This document shows, in pieces, positions 1 to 11,174 of a DNA stretch of 51,162 nt. A program made the translations under genes and the position numbers. Origin of the DNA: Octopus bimaculoides (taxonomy: Eukaryota). Below the pieces are notes generated by a model. It did not search any database. It worked only from the letters and a program-made list of their open reading frames with translations, and was not told the origin of the DNA. The stretch covers positions 99,845,245 to 99,896,406 of the forward strand of contig NC_068986.1 of assembly GCF_001194135.2 (NCBI RefSeq), written 5' to 3'. Numbering within the stretch: position 1 is the first letter of the stretch; each line of letters opens with the position of its first letter.

Positions 1-110
1 GTGGTGGCGTTAGAGATGGTGGTGGTGGCGTTAGAGATGGTGGTGGTGGCGTTAGAGATGGTGGTGGTGGCGTTAGAGATGGTGGTGGCGTTAGTGATGG
101 TGGTCGTGTT
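1..110. repeat. 21-bp minisatellite (GGTGGTGGTGGCGTTAGAGAT), about 4-5 copies decaying rightwards and running off the window edge
   Basis: Unit is directly visible and repeated from base 1. Confidence 0.9.
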
Positions 111-554
111 GTAAGTGATCGTGGCGGTGGTGGTGTTAGCGATGAAGGTGATGGTGGTGGTTAAGGTCATATATTTTGAAGGTGCCGCTCGACAGCGTCA
201 TTAGTGACCGTAAAGACGGCGAGGGTGGCGCTTAGTTTCCTGTTTGAAGTAATTTAATGGTATCCGTCGTCAATGTGATGGCAACTTTAGAACAACCATC
301 GTAGACTATATTTTGCAGTGGAGATGGTGCTGATTCATTCATACACTATTTCACAGATCTAGCATTGTGACACCACTCGAATCAGAAGAATTACTCAAAA
401 ATTGGTGAGATGGTTGGGGGTGGGGGGTGCAGAATGTGTAGCCTTTTCATAATAAATAGAAAAGTTCTGATATTAATAGTGACAACAATGACAACAATAT
501 TTCTGGCGGCGACGGTTCTTGCAGCTGTTATTGCCTTTATTGTTGTTGCTGTTG

Positions 555-556
<2 letters not shown>

Positions 557-586
<30 letters not shown>

Positions 587-680
587 CTTCTTCTTCTTCT
601 TCTTCTTCTTCTTCTTCTTCTTCTTCTTCTTCTTCTTCTTCTTCTTCTTCTTCTCATCATTATTATTATTATTATTATTG
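557..680. repeat. (CTT)n followed by (ATT)n microsatellite
   Basis: Direct inspection. Source of the poly-R/L/F ORFs in the ORF track. Confidence 0.95.
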
Positions 681-758
681 TTCAGTAGTTTTATTTTTAT
701 AACGTGCTTTCACTTCACTACCGAGCGCAGCTCTGTGCACCTTGGGTATGTGCTGTGG

Positions 759-760
<2 letters not shown>
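681..760 (-). mobile_element. About 80-bp 3' terminal stub of an R4/Dong-like LINE embedded in (AAT)n
   Basis: The minus strand reads AAACCACAGCACATACCC...GTGAAAGCACGTTATAAAAATAAAACTACTGAAC then (AAT)n, with (AAT)n on both sides. Linking it to the LINE end at 34788-34966 is inference from recall of this repeat family; the overlap is not shown in the window. Confidence 0.5.

Positions 761-815
<55 letters not shown>
761..815. repeat. (ATT)n microsatellite
   Basis: Direct inspection. Confidence 0.95.
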
Positions 816-817
<2 letters not shown>

Positions 818-1046
818 GGTGGGAAGCTGGCAGAATTGTTAGCACGCCGAGCGAAATGCTTACCGGCACTTGGTCCGTCTTTACGAACTGAGTTCAAATT
901 ACGCCGAGGTCGAATTTGCCTTTCATCGTTTCGGGGTCGTGAAATTAAGCACCAGTGAAGTACTGTGATCGTTGTAATCGTCTAGTCCCCTACTACCAAA
1001 TTCCAGGACTTGTGCATGTAGTAGAAAGGATTATTATTATTATTAT
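816..1046 (+). mobile_element. tRNA-derived SINE, family A, near full length with (ATT)n tail
   Basis: Head AGCTGGCAGAATTGTTAGCACGCCG, B-box-like GAGTTCAAATT, body GCCGAGGTCGAATTTGCCTTTCATC. Homologous to copies at 1047, 20110, 35190, 41789 and 42927. Confidence 0.85.
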
Positions 1047-1249
1047 GAGGTGTTGAGCTGGCAGAATCGTTAGCGCGCTGGGGGAAATGTTTAGCGGTAT
1101 TTCACCCATTGCTACGTCTTGAGATCAAATTCCGCCGAGGTCGATTTTGCCTTTCATCCTTCCGCGCTTGATAAAATATCAGTTGAGCATTGCTAATCTA
1201 CTTAATCTGTTCCCTAAAATATGCTGGCCTTGTGCCAATACGTGAAGTC
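1047..1249 (+). mobile_element. tRNA-derived SINE, family A, second tandem copy
   Basis: GAGCTGGCAGAATCGTTAGCGCG...CAAATTCCGCCGAGGTCGATTTTGCCTTTCATCC...GGCCTTGTGCC aligns to 816-1030. Confidence 0.85.
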
Positions 1250-1360
1250 ATCATAATCGTCATCGTCGTCGTCGTCGTCGTTGTCATCATCATCTTCATC
1301 ATCATCATCATCCTCATCATCATCATCGTCATCATCCTCGTCGTCGTCATCATCATCGTC

Positions 1361-1392
<32 letters not shown>

Positions 1393-1404
1393 CATCACCA
1401 TCAC

Positions 1405-1436
<32 letters not shown>

Positions 1437-1770
1437 CCATCATCTTCATCATCATCATCATCTTCATCACCATCACCATCATCATCATCATCGTCATCAT
1501 CGTCATCGTCATCACCATCATCATCGTTGTCCTCGTCATCATCATCGTCATCATCATCATCATCATCATCATCTTTGCCGTCGTCGTCGTTATCATAATC
1601 ATCATCATCGTTATTATCATAATCGTCATTATCATCGTCGTCGTCGTCGTCGTCATCATCAACATCATCATCATCAACATTGTTACCTTCATCATCATCA
1701 TCATCCTTCTCCTACTGGTCGTCGTTTTCCTCGTCGTCGTCGTTTTCCTCGTCGTCGTCGTCGTCATCAT
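1250..1770. repeat. Long imperfect (ATC/GTC/ACC)n trinucleotide array
   Basis: Direct inspection. Explains the poly-I/M/S ORFs. Confidence 0.95.
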
Positions 1771-2099
1771 ATTCGAGCGCGTTGTCTGGTAATGTAGCTG
1801 AAGCGAAGGTCGATCAACAAGTGTTAATGCTGGAAGGAATCCTTTAGAATGCTAACCATTTCCTATATCAGACAATCTGACTTTTGCTGTTGGCGGTGTC
1901 ATTACTTTACCAGCTGTTCACTTTCCGTCAGCTAAGGTGACACTTTCTTTTCACGTCTCCAGATCATTACAGAGGCTCCTTGCATTCCCAATTAATACTG
2001 TTTTGCAGATATGCTATATTAGCATTTTTATTACTATCATTTCCGACACAGTTTTAATTTTCTTTACTCAATGTAACTAGGGCGTCAGTTGTATACGCT

Positions 2100-2660
2100 C
2101 TTCTTTTCCTTCCTCTCCTTCTTCTCTTCCTCCTCCCCTCCTCCTCCTCCCCTCCTCCTNNNNNNNNNNNNNNNNNNNNNNNNNNNNNNNNNNNNNNNNN
2201 NNNNNNNNNNNNNNNNNNNNNNNNNNNNNNNNNNNNNNNNNNNNNNNNNNNNNNNNNNNNNNNNNNNNNNNNNNNNNNNNNNNNNNNNNNNNNNNNNNNN
2301 NNNNNNNNNNNNNNNNNNNNNNNNNNNNNNNNNNNNNNNNNNNNNNNNNNNNNNNNNNNNNNNNNNNNNNNNNNNNNNNNNNNNNNNNNNNNNNNNNNNN
2401 NNNNNNNNNNNNNNNNNNNNNNNNNNNNNNNNNNNNNNNNNNNNNNNNNNNNNNNNNNNNNNNNNNNNNNNNNNNNNNNNNNNNNNNNNNNNNNNNNNNN
2501 NNNNNNNNNNNNNNNNNNNNNNNNNNNNCTCCTTCTTCTTCTTGTTCTTCTTCTTCTTGTTCTTCTTCTTCTTCTTCTTCTTCTTCTTCTTCTTCTTCTT
2601 CTTCTTCTTCTTCTTCTTCTTCTTCTGCTTCTTCTTCTTCTTCCTCCTTTTTATTTTTTT
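2100..2660. repeat. (CTC)n/(CTT)n microsatellite spanning an N-gap
   Basis: Direct inspection. Confidence 0.9.
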
Positions 2661-2832
2661 TATCTTCTTTCAATTTTGTTTCCATTACATACTGAATATT
2701 TTCCCAACATCTAGGGCAAAAGTCTACTGTATATATTGACAGGCCATCAAATTAAAAACACAAGATTGTTCATATACAAAACCAAACAGAGTTATGCAGA
2801 AACAACGATTTACATAGATGGTAAACCTTTTT

Positions 2833-3110
2833 ACAGTGGCACTTCCTGCGGGGTTAGTATGCCAGAGATCAATCTCAAATAATTTTTAGTTTCTTTTGTG
2901 ATCATTCCAAGAGCTCCTACGATCGCTGGTATTGTTATAGCCTTGAGATGCCAAATGTTTTTCAATTTCGATGAGTAAATCATTATATTTTGTGAAATTG
3001 TCAAATTCTTTTGCCGAGATATAATCACAAAGAATATTCACGTCGATCAATAAACAAACTGTATTGTTTTGGTCTTTCACAACAATATCCGACTTATTAG
3101 CTTTCATTTT
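2833..3110 (-). mobile_element. R4/Dong-like LINE restriction-like endonuclease (RLE) fragment, frameshifted
   Basis: Two frames give KANKSDIVVKDQNNTVCLLIDV...KYNDLLIEIEK and WHLKAITIPAIVGALGMITK. This matches the PD..D..K RLE plus IVGALG C-terminus of R4-clade elements. Confidence 0.8.
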
Positions 3111-3164
3111 TTGCCTGTATATACTGGAAAGTTCGAAAGAATCGTGTTGCAGCTTCGTTTTATA

Positions 3165-3460
3165 CACAATGTTCCAAGTCTCTCACAGAGACATCATGTA
3201 ATAGCAAGTTTGATGCTTTACTCGATATACTTTTTATGATTAGCAATGATATATTGCAGAGAAAGGAGAGCAAATACTGAGAATTAAGATTTTGTTAAAA
3301 TCTTGTTCAATTATTTGTGATTTCGAAACAATTTAAAAGAATCAGATGCTCTTGGATTGACAGCATCTTTCTTAGGATTTAGTCAGTATTCATGCGAACA
3401 CTCTTTAAAAATGTATAGTTCTGATACTTTTGGATGTTCTGGTGTTTGAGCATGGTGTTC
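3165..3460 (-). mobile_element. Decayed 3' end (C-terminus plus 3'UTR) of an R4/Dong-like LINE
   Basis: The minus strand gives HHAQTPEHPKVSEL...ILRKMLSI, similar to YLAQIPGNPKMAEV...ILRKILSV at 49056. The UTR motif GATGTCTCTGTGAGAGACTTGG resembles GAGGTCTCTGGGTGAGACTTGG at about 49300. Confidence 0.55.
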
Positions 3461-3462
3461 AA

Positions 3463-3594
3463 GAGTAGGCTGTGTGGTAAGTAGCTTGCTACCAACCACA
3501 TGGTCCTGTATTCAGTCCCGCAGCGTGGCACCTTGGGCAGGTATCTTCTACTATAGCCTCGGACCGACCAAAGCCTTGTGAGTGGATTTGGTAG
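3463..3594 (+). mobile_element. tRNA-derived SINE, family B, 5' part only
   Basis: GGCTGTGTGGTAAGTAGCTTGC...TTCAGTCCC...GGCACCTTGGGCAGGTATCTTCTACTATAGCCTCGG matches the copies at 10751 and 42501. Confidence 0.85.
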
Positions 3595-3595
3595 T

Positions 3596-3824
3596 ACCTC
3601 CTATTTTTCTAGTAACTATCCTGCTAATAACAGAATCTACTTTCCTAGTCATTTCTAGCAGCTTCTTTCTGTTGGTGCCTTTTAATGCTGGCAATCCTTT
3701 TCTTACTTCTTTACTCATTTCTTCCTGCAACTCATCTAAAATCTTCTGATCTTCCTGAATTAAATCACAGAAGTCATTGATACCAGTTCTCCCTTTCTTA
3801 GTGGTATTGCTATTAGTATTATCA

Positions 3825-3871
<47 letters not shown>

Positions 3872-4380
3872 NNNNNNNNNNNNNNNNNNNNNNNNNNNNN
3901 NNNNNNNNNNNNNNNNNNNNNNNNNNNNNNNNNNNNNNNNNNNNNNNNNNNNNNNNNNNNNNNNNNNNNNNNNNNNNNNNNNNNNNNNNNNNNNNNNNNN
4001 NNNNNNNNNNNNNNNNNNNNNNNNNNNNNNNNNNNNNNNNNNNNNNNNNNNNNNNNNNNNNNNNNNNNNNNNNNNNNNNNNNNNNNNNNNNNNNNNNNNN
4101 NNNNNNNNNNNNNNNNNNNNNNNNNNNNNNNNNNNNNNNNNNNNNNNNNNNNNNNNNNNNNNNNNNNNNNNNNNNNNNNNNNNNNNNNNNNNNNNNNNNN
4201 NNNNNNNNNNNNNNNNNNNNNNNNNNNNNNNNNNNNNNNNNNNNNNNNNNNNNNNNNNNNNNNNNNNNNNNNNNNNNNNNNNNNNNNNNNNNNNNNNNNN
4301 NNNNNNNNNNNNNNNNNNNNNNNNNNNNNNNNNNNNNNNNNNNNNNNNNNNNNNNNNNNNNNNNNNNNNNNNNNNNNNNN

Positions 4381-4476
<96 letters not shown>

Positions 4477-4600
4477 TTCTTTAGGTTCTTCTTTGGTTTG
4501 AGCTGTATCGCTTATGTTTTTTGTTTCTATTACCTGGTCTTTCTCTTCCAGTTGTTGTGATCTCTTCCACCTCCAATTCTGTCGTCCACTTTCTTCTCCG
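3596..4600 (-). mobile_element. N-terminal region of an R4/Dong-like LINE ORF, interrupted by an (AAT)n array and an N-gap
   Basis: Minus-strand translations RRKWTTELEVEEI (about 4590) and KGLPALKGTNRKKLLEMTRKVDSVISRI (about 3700) resemble, from recall, the pre-RT region of R4-clade ORFs. Confidence 0.55.
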
Positions 4601-4852
4601 AATAGCATTAGCCCGTTCATACATTTGATTTTGCCTCTCTTCAAGATTAGCACACCACACTTTCTCAGTCCGAGCTCCATTCTGATATCAGCGGTGAAGG
4701 TATACACCGTATCAACGAGGGAACTGACTTGGGCTTCATCTTTACCATAAGGTTTGAGGTCATCCATGAATAACAAATGGTTGACTTTTTGTTGGCGGCA
4801 TTTGAATACATACCCAGCTTTTGCTTTCCTCAGAATCAGTGTCAGTCGTATT
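4601..4852 (-). mobile_element. R4/Dong-like LINE reverse transcriptase fragment
   Basis: LTLILRKAKAGYVFKCRQQKVNHLLFMDDLK...DIRMELGLRKCGVLILKRGK contains RT motif C (FMDD) and motif D in R4-clade context. Confidence 0.9.
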
Positions 4853-4869
4853 TATTATTATTATCATCA

Positions 4870-4919
<50 letters not shown>

Positions 4920-5046
4920 TAATTAATTTATTTATTCAGTTATCTATTTATTTTACTGGACATGTTGCTGACAGTACAAATAATGATATATATGCAGCTG
5001 ATCGTTATGATGATGATGATGATAATGATGGTGATGATAATGATGG

Positions 5047-5091
<45 letters not shown>

Positions 5092-5150
5092 CGATGATGA
5101 TGACGACGATGACAACGATAACGATGACGTTGACGGTGATGATATTAAAG
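4853..5150. repeat. (ATT)n and (GAT)n microsatellites
   Basis: Direct inspection (about 4853-4917 and about 5005-5150). Confidence 0.9.
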
Positions 5151-6822
5151 ACGATGGGGAGACTACTTCTTTTGTTGCTGCTGACAACGTTGTTGTCGCA
5201 TTTGTTACTTGTTGACTATGACGATCATGATGATATTAGAACTGACACTAGAAATTCTTTGCAAAGTTATTGAGAGATATACATTATACCAATAAAAAAT
5301 ATCATTACTACTAGAAATGTGTGAAAAAGAAAAGAAAAAACGTAAGGAAAATATAGAAAAATCGAAAGAAAGAAAAGAATGAAAAGAAAAAAAACTGAAA
5401 GTGGAGTACTTGAAACATATTTGAAGGAGATTTGAGAAAATGGAAAAGAAAATAATCAGGAATGAAGTAAGGATGTCTTGTAATTATCTTGATGCAGTAA
5501 AGAAAATAGATTTAAAAAATAACTAGATTTAAAAAAAAAAATGAATAAAATATAGATTATCTCTATTTGTTAATTTGGCATTTTTATTTGTTGAATTGAA
5601 ATAAAAAATAAGAATATAACAAATAAAATATTAAAAATATGAGTAATCTAATGAAAAAAAAAAAGAAAAATGATAAAATGAGATATAAGAGCGATAGAAA
5701 AACTATCAATTGATGCATTAAAATGTTTTCTAAATTACATGTTAAAACCAGATAACGCGTCTTTGATATTATTGAAATATGTTGTTATATTTTTATTAAT
5801 CAAACAATGTATTTGTATGATTAATAGTAGGAGCAAGTCCTGGTCAAGAGGGTCATTGACATGAAAACCGCCAATGATTCGTTCATATGGAGTCCATTTC
5901 TATACCGATGAAATTACTTGGAACATTGATTCAAAGGAAACCGTTGATTATAGACTAGTAATCGCAAAGTTTGTAACAGGTAGCAAGAGTGACTATGCGG
6001 TTGAGAGGTTTGTGTGTCGCCTATGAGTACTGATCGACCTTAGTTATAAGCATGGCAAGCTTCAGCGATCGCCCAGCAAGTTATGTTTGTTGTTTAACAC
6101 CAGGTCAAACTAAATTGACGAGAAGTATGATGGAAGATGTTCCAGTCGTGATCATCAGTACTTCGTTACCCACTGATTCACCCCAAATCGGTAAGGTGTG
6201 ATTGGAGAAGGTTTGGGATGTTACATTTATTAGGTCGAGTAAATATGTGTAAGATCTCTCGTTATATAGTTACCTGATGTTTGCCACGGTATCGTAGTAA
6301 AAGTAAATTGCTTTGACTATAATAAACCATGCAAACCAACCCCACGGTCGACACCCTGTCGGCAGAGGTGAAGCACACCCGTCCCTCCACTAAAGCTCAT
6401 CTGTTATTCCCATTGTGCATAATGAGGTTTTCGCCTCTATATATTGTGCCGCGAAAATTATTCTATAAAGTGCTTTTCTTGAGCAAAAATAATTTGTGCA
6501 GAGATAAGCTACGGGGATCAATCAAAGGATATAGCTATGCAGTTGCATAATATTGCTGATGTTAATTATTCAAAAATATACAGAAATCCACACTACGTTG
6601 TGCTTCAGTATTTAAGTATTTTAGATGAAAGAGTCCGATATCTTTCTATTGTGTGACTGAATGTAGTGCAATATGTATTACGATAGATTTCTTTGGTTCA
6701 ACAGAGACTTGGCTGCCGATAAAATGTTTTGGGGTCTTGCGTAGTAATGGATACCTTTTTCTTCTTTGTGCATATGTATGCAAATGGAATAATGGTTGTA
6801 TTTTCAGAATACATGAGAAAGT

Positions 6823-6827
<5 letters not shown>

Positions 6828-6874
<47 letters not shown>

Positions 6875-6914
6875 NNNNNNNNNNNNNNNNNNNNNNNNNN
6901 NNNNNNNNNNNNNN

Positions 6915-6960
<46 letters not shown>
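6828..6960. repeat. (GA)n microsatellite with internal gap
   Basis: Direct inspection. Confidence 0.95.
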
Positions 6961-6962
<2 letters not shown>

Positions 6963-9270
6963 GGGTGAGAAGATGTGAAAAGAAAAGGTTGGTGAAAAAG
7001 AAAGAGAACGAAATACGAAAGATACATTCAAAGGAAGGTGTTTAAATTTTGTTCCACTGTGTGGATAGTTAGTGTAGTATTTGTAAAGGATTTATGTATT
7101 GAAATAGCGGGATACTATAAAGATAATCCCCAGTGTATCTAAATGGCCTTTAATTTTAAATATTCCTGTTTCACTGTGAGTCCAATATTTGTAATAGAAT
7201 AGGTTTCGTTTTGTGTGATTTATAGTTTATACCTACTTGCATTGGATTATAGTTAAGAAAATATCTTATCGACCTCGTATATTTATTTTAGACAAAACAT
7301 TCTTTACTCTATTGAGTACATGTAATATATTCGATATTACATTTGATCTAGCTATTACATCTTTACATAACATCTAATGCAGCTTGATGCTCTTCCGTGC
7401 ATGAATTATGGAATGATTGTCTGTTTCTATATAAAAGTGAAACTGCGTTACAATGTTTTCCCTTCTGACTAAAGCGGTTATTTGTAGAAGGCATTTCTAA
7501 TAATGTTCGGATTTGAAGCGCTAGCTTCACATTAATTGCATATGCAAGTCTCAGTATTGATATATTCAATACCTTTTATTTTGATAATATTATACTCAAG
7601 ATAATAAGACGAGGACGCTCCGACCGAGGGAAATCAGTGTTGCAGAGAAGCCAGGATAAAGATATTTCCTTGAAAACGTTTATATATTTCAGTGCTCGGG
7701 TATGTAAAACGGGTTTGATTCCTGTTTGATATATTCAATCGATCTGTTTCTATCTGCGATTTCCGTTTATATTCAATAGTTTTGAGAAAAGTGCACTATG
7801 CCAGGCTGATTTTCCTCACTTTTTAATGTATAAAGGCAGAGATATGAAGACTGTCTTACGATTCACTCAGATCTACGACTATTTAACATTTCATATGACC
7901 TCACTTTTCTTAGAATATTTTGATCGATGCTTTAAGGTAATTTATTCCTTCTTGGTGTTGGATACGTGAGGTTTCCTCACTACAAAACTTTGTAAAAGAT
8001 TGCTTCATCGGAGGATTATGTATTCATCCTTCGAATGATGACGTTCATATTTCAGTTTGTTTGGATGTGAATGTACAATGGTGTGTCAATATGCAGTCAC
8101 TGAAGTATAAATCATTGACGTCTTAATTTAAATACTCAGAAATATATCGTACATCATGCCGATATCTTTACCAGAAAATACAGCATCAAATAAGATACAC
8201 CTTACAGAACATTCATTTCATCGTCATTTGCATCTGTACATCGGACTATTATATACGACATGGGTTGTTCAAAGAACGATAGTGATGCAGAGAAAAGGTA
8301 TAACAATAAAAAGAGCAACAGATAAAGGAAAACTGAAACTTTTGAATAAGAAAACAAAATTGTTAAAGAATTTTGGAAACAGAAATGTAAGTTACAGATA
8401 TACGAGAAAGACCACGACAAGGCGATTAGATAATAAACAACGTATATGATATATTTGAGAAAGTGTCAGGTTAAAGTAATTCTTATAGTAATTCTTAAAT
8501 AAACTCGAAATGGTCTTACAGAAGATTACATAAGTCAGCCAAAATGAAAATATCGCAAATGAAACTTGGAAATAAATCGATGGGAAATATATGCAGGAGT
8601 GCCATCATCTGAAACCAAAAAAATGTCAGTAGGAATGAGATAGAAAACTCAGCCTATTACAACACAAGAAACATCGAAATATATGGATCCAAGTAGTGAT
8701 AGGTATTAAAACAAATTTTTGATTGGAAAAATTGAAAGTGTTGGCGAAGTGACAAATGAAAGTGAAGGTGTAAATTCAGGTCTAAGTTCTAATTTCTCAT
8801 TAGTAAATGCTTGTAATGTATCAGTAAAATTACGGAAAGATAATCCAAAACAAAACACATGAATACAGAAAATGCAAAAGAATTGAAATAATACAGTCAG
8901 TGGAGATTAGCTGGGGAAGGCAAATCTCATATAGTGAAATTTGTAAATTTGTATAGTTTCATGTGCCACGAGGAAGATTACAGCGATAATGTTAAGAGGA
9001 AGTCTTTCTTTGTATTTTATGAGGAAAATATCTAAACATAGAAAAACAAAACAAAACAGACAAAATATAAATGATAAAAAAATCATAACCAATATCTCCA
9101 GTAATTTAAACACATAAACAACTCACTGAAAATAAGATAGCGAGCGATTTGCAAAAATATGGAGAATACTTTGAATAAAATAGAAACACAGAAAAGCTAA
9201 AGTCATAGATGAAAATAAAAGCACAGAGAGCAGCAGTGAAATCACAAAATACAAATAAGAATAGAGAAAT

Positions 9271-9340
<70 letters not shown>
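9271..9340. repeat. (TAC)n microsatellite
   Basis: Direct inspection. Confidence 0.95.
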
Positions 9341-9341
<1 letters not shown>

Positions 9342-9884
9342 CTGCTGCTTTCTTTACTACCCCTTTATGGGTTGACAAAAACATTGAAAGCCAAATAGGC
9401 AAACAGGGAATAATCTCCCCGAAAAGGTTCGAAGTTCCGAAGGCTCCTCGTAGAATGCATAGAAAGACCACAGTCAACTTGACCACTAAAGCAAGTGCTC
9501 ACTTCTTGTTGTCCACAAATATACTGGTGCAAGTTCAACGAAAGTTCGGACGCTTGGAATATGCTGGCTGCTCTCTACCATCTTTCAATAAATTTTCATG
9601 TGAGAAGCACTTTCTTGTCCGCTTACACATTTTTTTCGAATAACATCTGAAAACGTTGATGAGAGCTCATCCAAAAAAAGAAATTGTTTGTCTCCAGTCC
9701 TTCAATTCGACCCACCACACAACCTCTTTCGCTAAAACTAGCTGACAAAGACATTCGGTACGTTTCGATGAAAGGAAGTCACCAGGACGATATTACGAAT
9801 CGATTCCGAGCTGATGCGTCCTACACGTGACAGGAGCTTTTCAGCATAATTCCACAAGTCAGCATATTTCGGACGCTAGATGTG

Positions 9885-10265
9885 TGTGTGGCACTCCATC
9901 GCTTACGACGTCGAGGGTTCCAGTTGATCCGATCAACGGAACAGCTTGCTCGTGAAATTAACGTGCAAGTAGCTGAGCACTCCACAGACACGTGTACCCT
10001 TAACGTAGTTCTCGGGGATATTCAGCGTGACACAGTGTGACAAGGCTGACCCTTTGAATTACAAGCACAACAAAAACAGGAAGTAAGAGTGAGAGAAAGT
10101 TGTGGTGAAAGAGTACAGCAGAGTTCGCCACCATCCCCTGCCGGAGCCTCGTGGAGCTTTAGGTGTTTTCGCTCAATAAACACTCACAACGCCCGGTCTG
10201 GGAATCGAGACCGCGATCCTATGATCTCGAGTCCGCGGCCCTAACCACTGGGCCATTGCGCCTCC
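9885..10265 (-). mobile_element. tRNA-derived SINE, family C, full length
   Basis: Minus-strand head GGAGGCGCAATGGCCCAGTGGTTAGG (A box) ... GGTCTCGATTCCC (B box). Its 3' module is shared with the element at 30115-30280. Confidence 0.85.
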
Positions 10266-10750
10266 ACGGACGCTAGATGAGAGCATATGAAAAAGAGATT
10301 TCGGAAATCTCGGGCACGGCCTACTGATGGCGCTTCTTTGCCGACAGAGTTTATCTCGAATCAGCAGCAATACCCCTCATTAACACTTGTAAACCAGAAA
10401 TGCCTGGATAATCTTCATAAACCCCCTTCCCATTTCATTCCAGATTGTCTTAGAGATGCGCTGATGTTAAAGTCAGCAAAAATAGTTGCCGGACGCAGTT
10501 AAGAAATCTTGGTATCGCTGACCGTTATGGTATCCACAACGAGAGATCTGTGGTCACAATTACGCGTGAGATCTAGTTTAAGTGATGGATGCTTCTCACC
10601 AAATTTGTAGCTGTTGTCATTATTTTGACAACATTATTATTATGATTCTTTTAGACCTTCGTGAAGCCCCACGACCTAGTTTTTAGGGTGTCTCACCGAC
10701 GATCTTTGGATCAACAAAAGCACTCTAATTTAGGTTACATCAGTTCATCT

Positions 10751-11174
10751 CTCTTTTACTCTTTTACTTGTTTCAGTCATTTGATTGCGCCCATGCTGGA
10801 GCACCGCCTTTAGTCGAGCAAATCGACCCAGGGACTTATTCTTTGTAAGCCTTGGACTATTCTATCGGTCTCTTTTTGCTGAACCGCTAAGTGACGGGGA
10901 CATAAACATACCAGCATCGGTTGTCAAGTCATGTTAGGGGGACAAACACAGACACACAAACACACACACACACACACACATATATATAGATAGATATACA
11001 TATATATATACGACGGGCTTCTTTCAGTTTCTGTCTACCAAATCCACTCACAAGGCTTTGGTCGGCCCGAGTCTATAGTAGAAGATACTTGCCCAAGATG
11101 CCACACAGTGGGACTGAACCCGGAACCATGTGGTTGATAGGCAAGCTACTTACCACACAGCCACACCTGCGCCT
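10751..11174 (-). mobile_element. tRNA-derived SINE, family B, full length, with internal (CA)/(TA) microsatellite
   Basis: Collinear with 42501-42900: head GGCTGTGTGGTAAG, GGTTCAGTCCC, CORE-like CTTGGGCAAGT, and tail GGTGCTCCAGCATG...CTGAAACAAGTAAAAGAG. Confidence 0.9.

Noticed and set aside
391-1792. Long ORFs of poly-R, L, F, I, M, S or N here and elsewhere (for example 4962-5273, 27898-28218, 49580-50026)
   Set aside because: They are translations of trinucleotide microsatellites that lack stop codons in some frames. There is no complex peptide content.
7600-8900. Unique-looking stretch checked for C2H2 zinc-finger or protocadherin exons typical of cephalopod gene expansions
   Set aside because: No HTGEKP linkers, C-x2-C...H-x3-H repeats or cadherin motifs were seen in the frames I could read.
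10190-10265. tRNA-like A/B-box sequences (also at 11100-11174, 30490-30555 and 42501-42570) as tRNA genes
   Set aside because: Each continues into a multi-copy SINE body and lacks a complete cloverleaf acceptor stem.
9341-10740. Non-repetitive-looking flanks of the family C SINE (9341-9880, 10270-10740) as an ancient CR1/L2 remnant
   Set aside because: Only faint peptide hints (RLEYA-like) are present. No RT motif could be read with confidence by eye.
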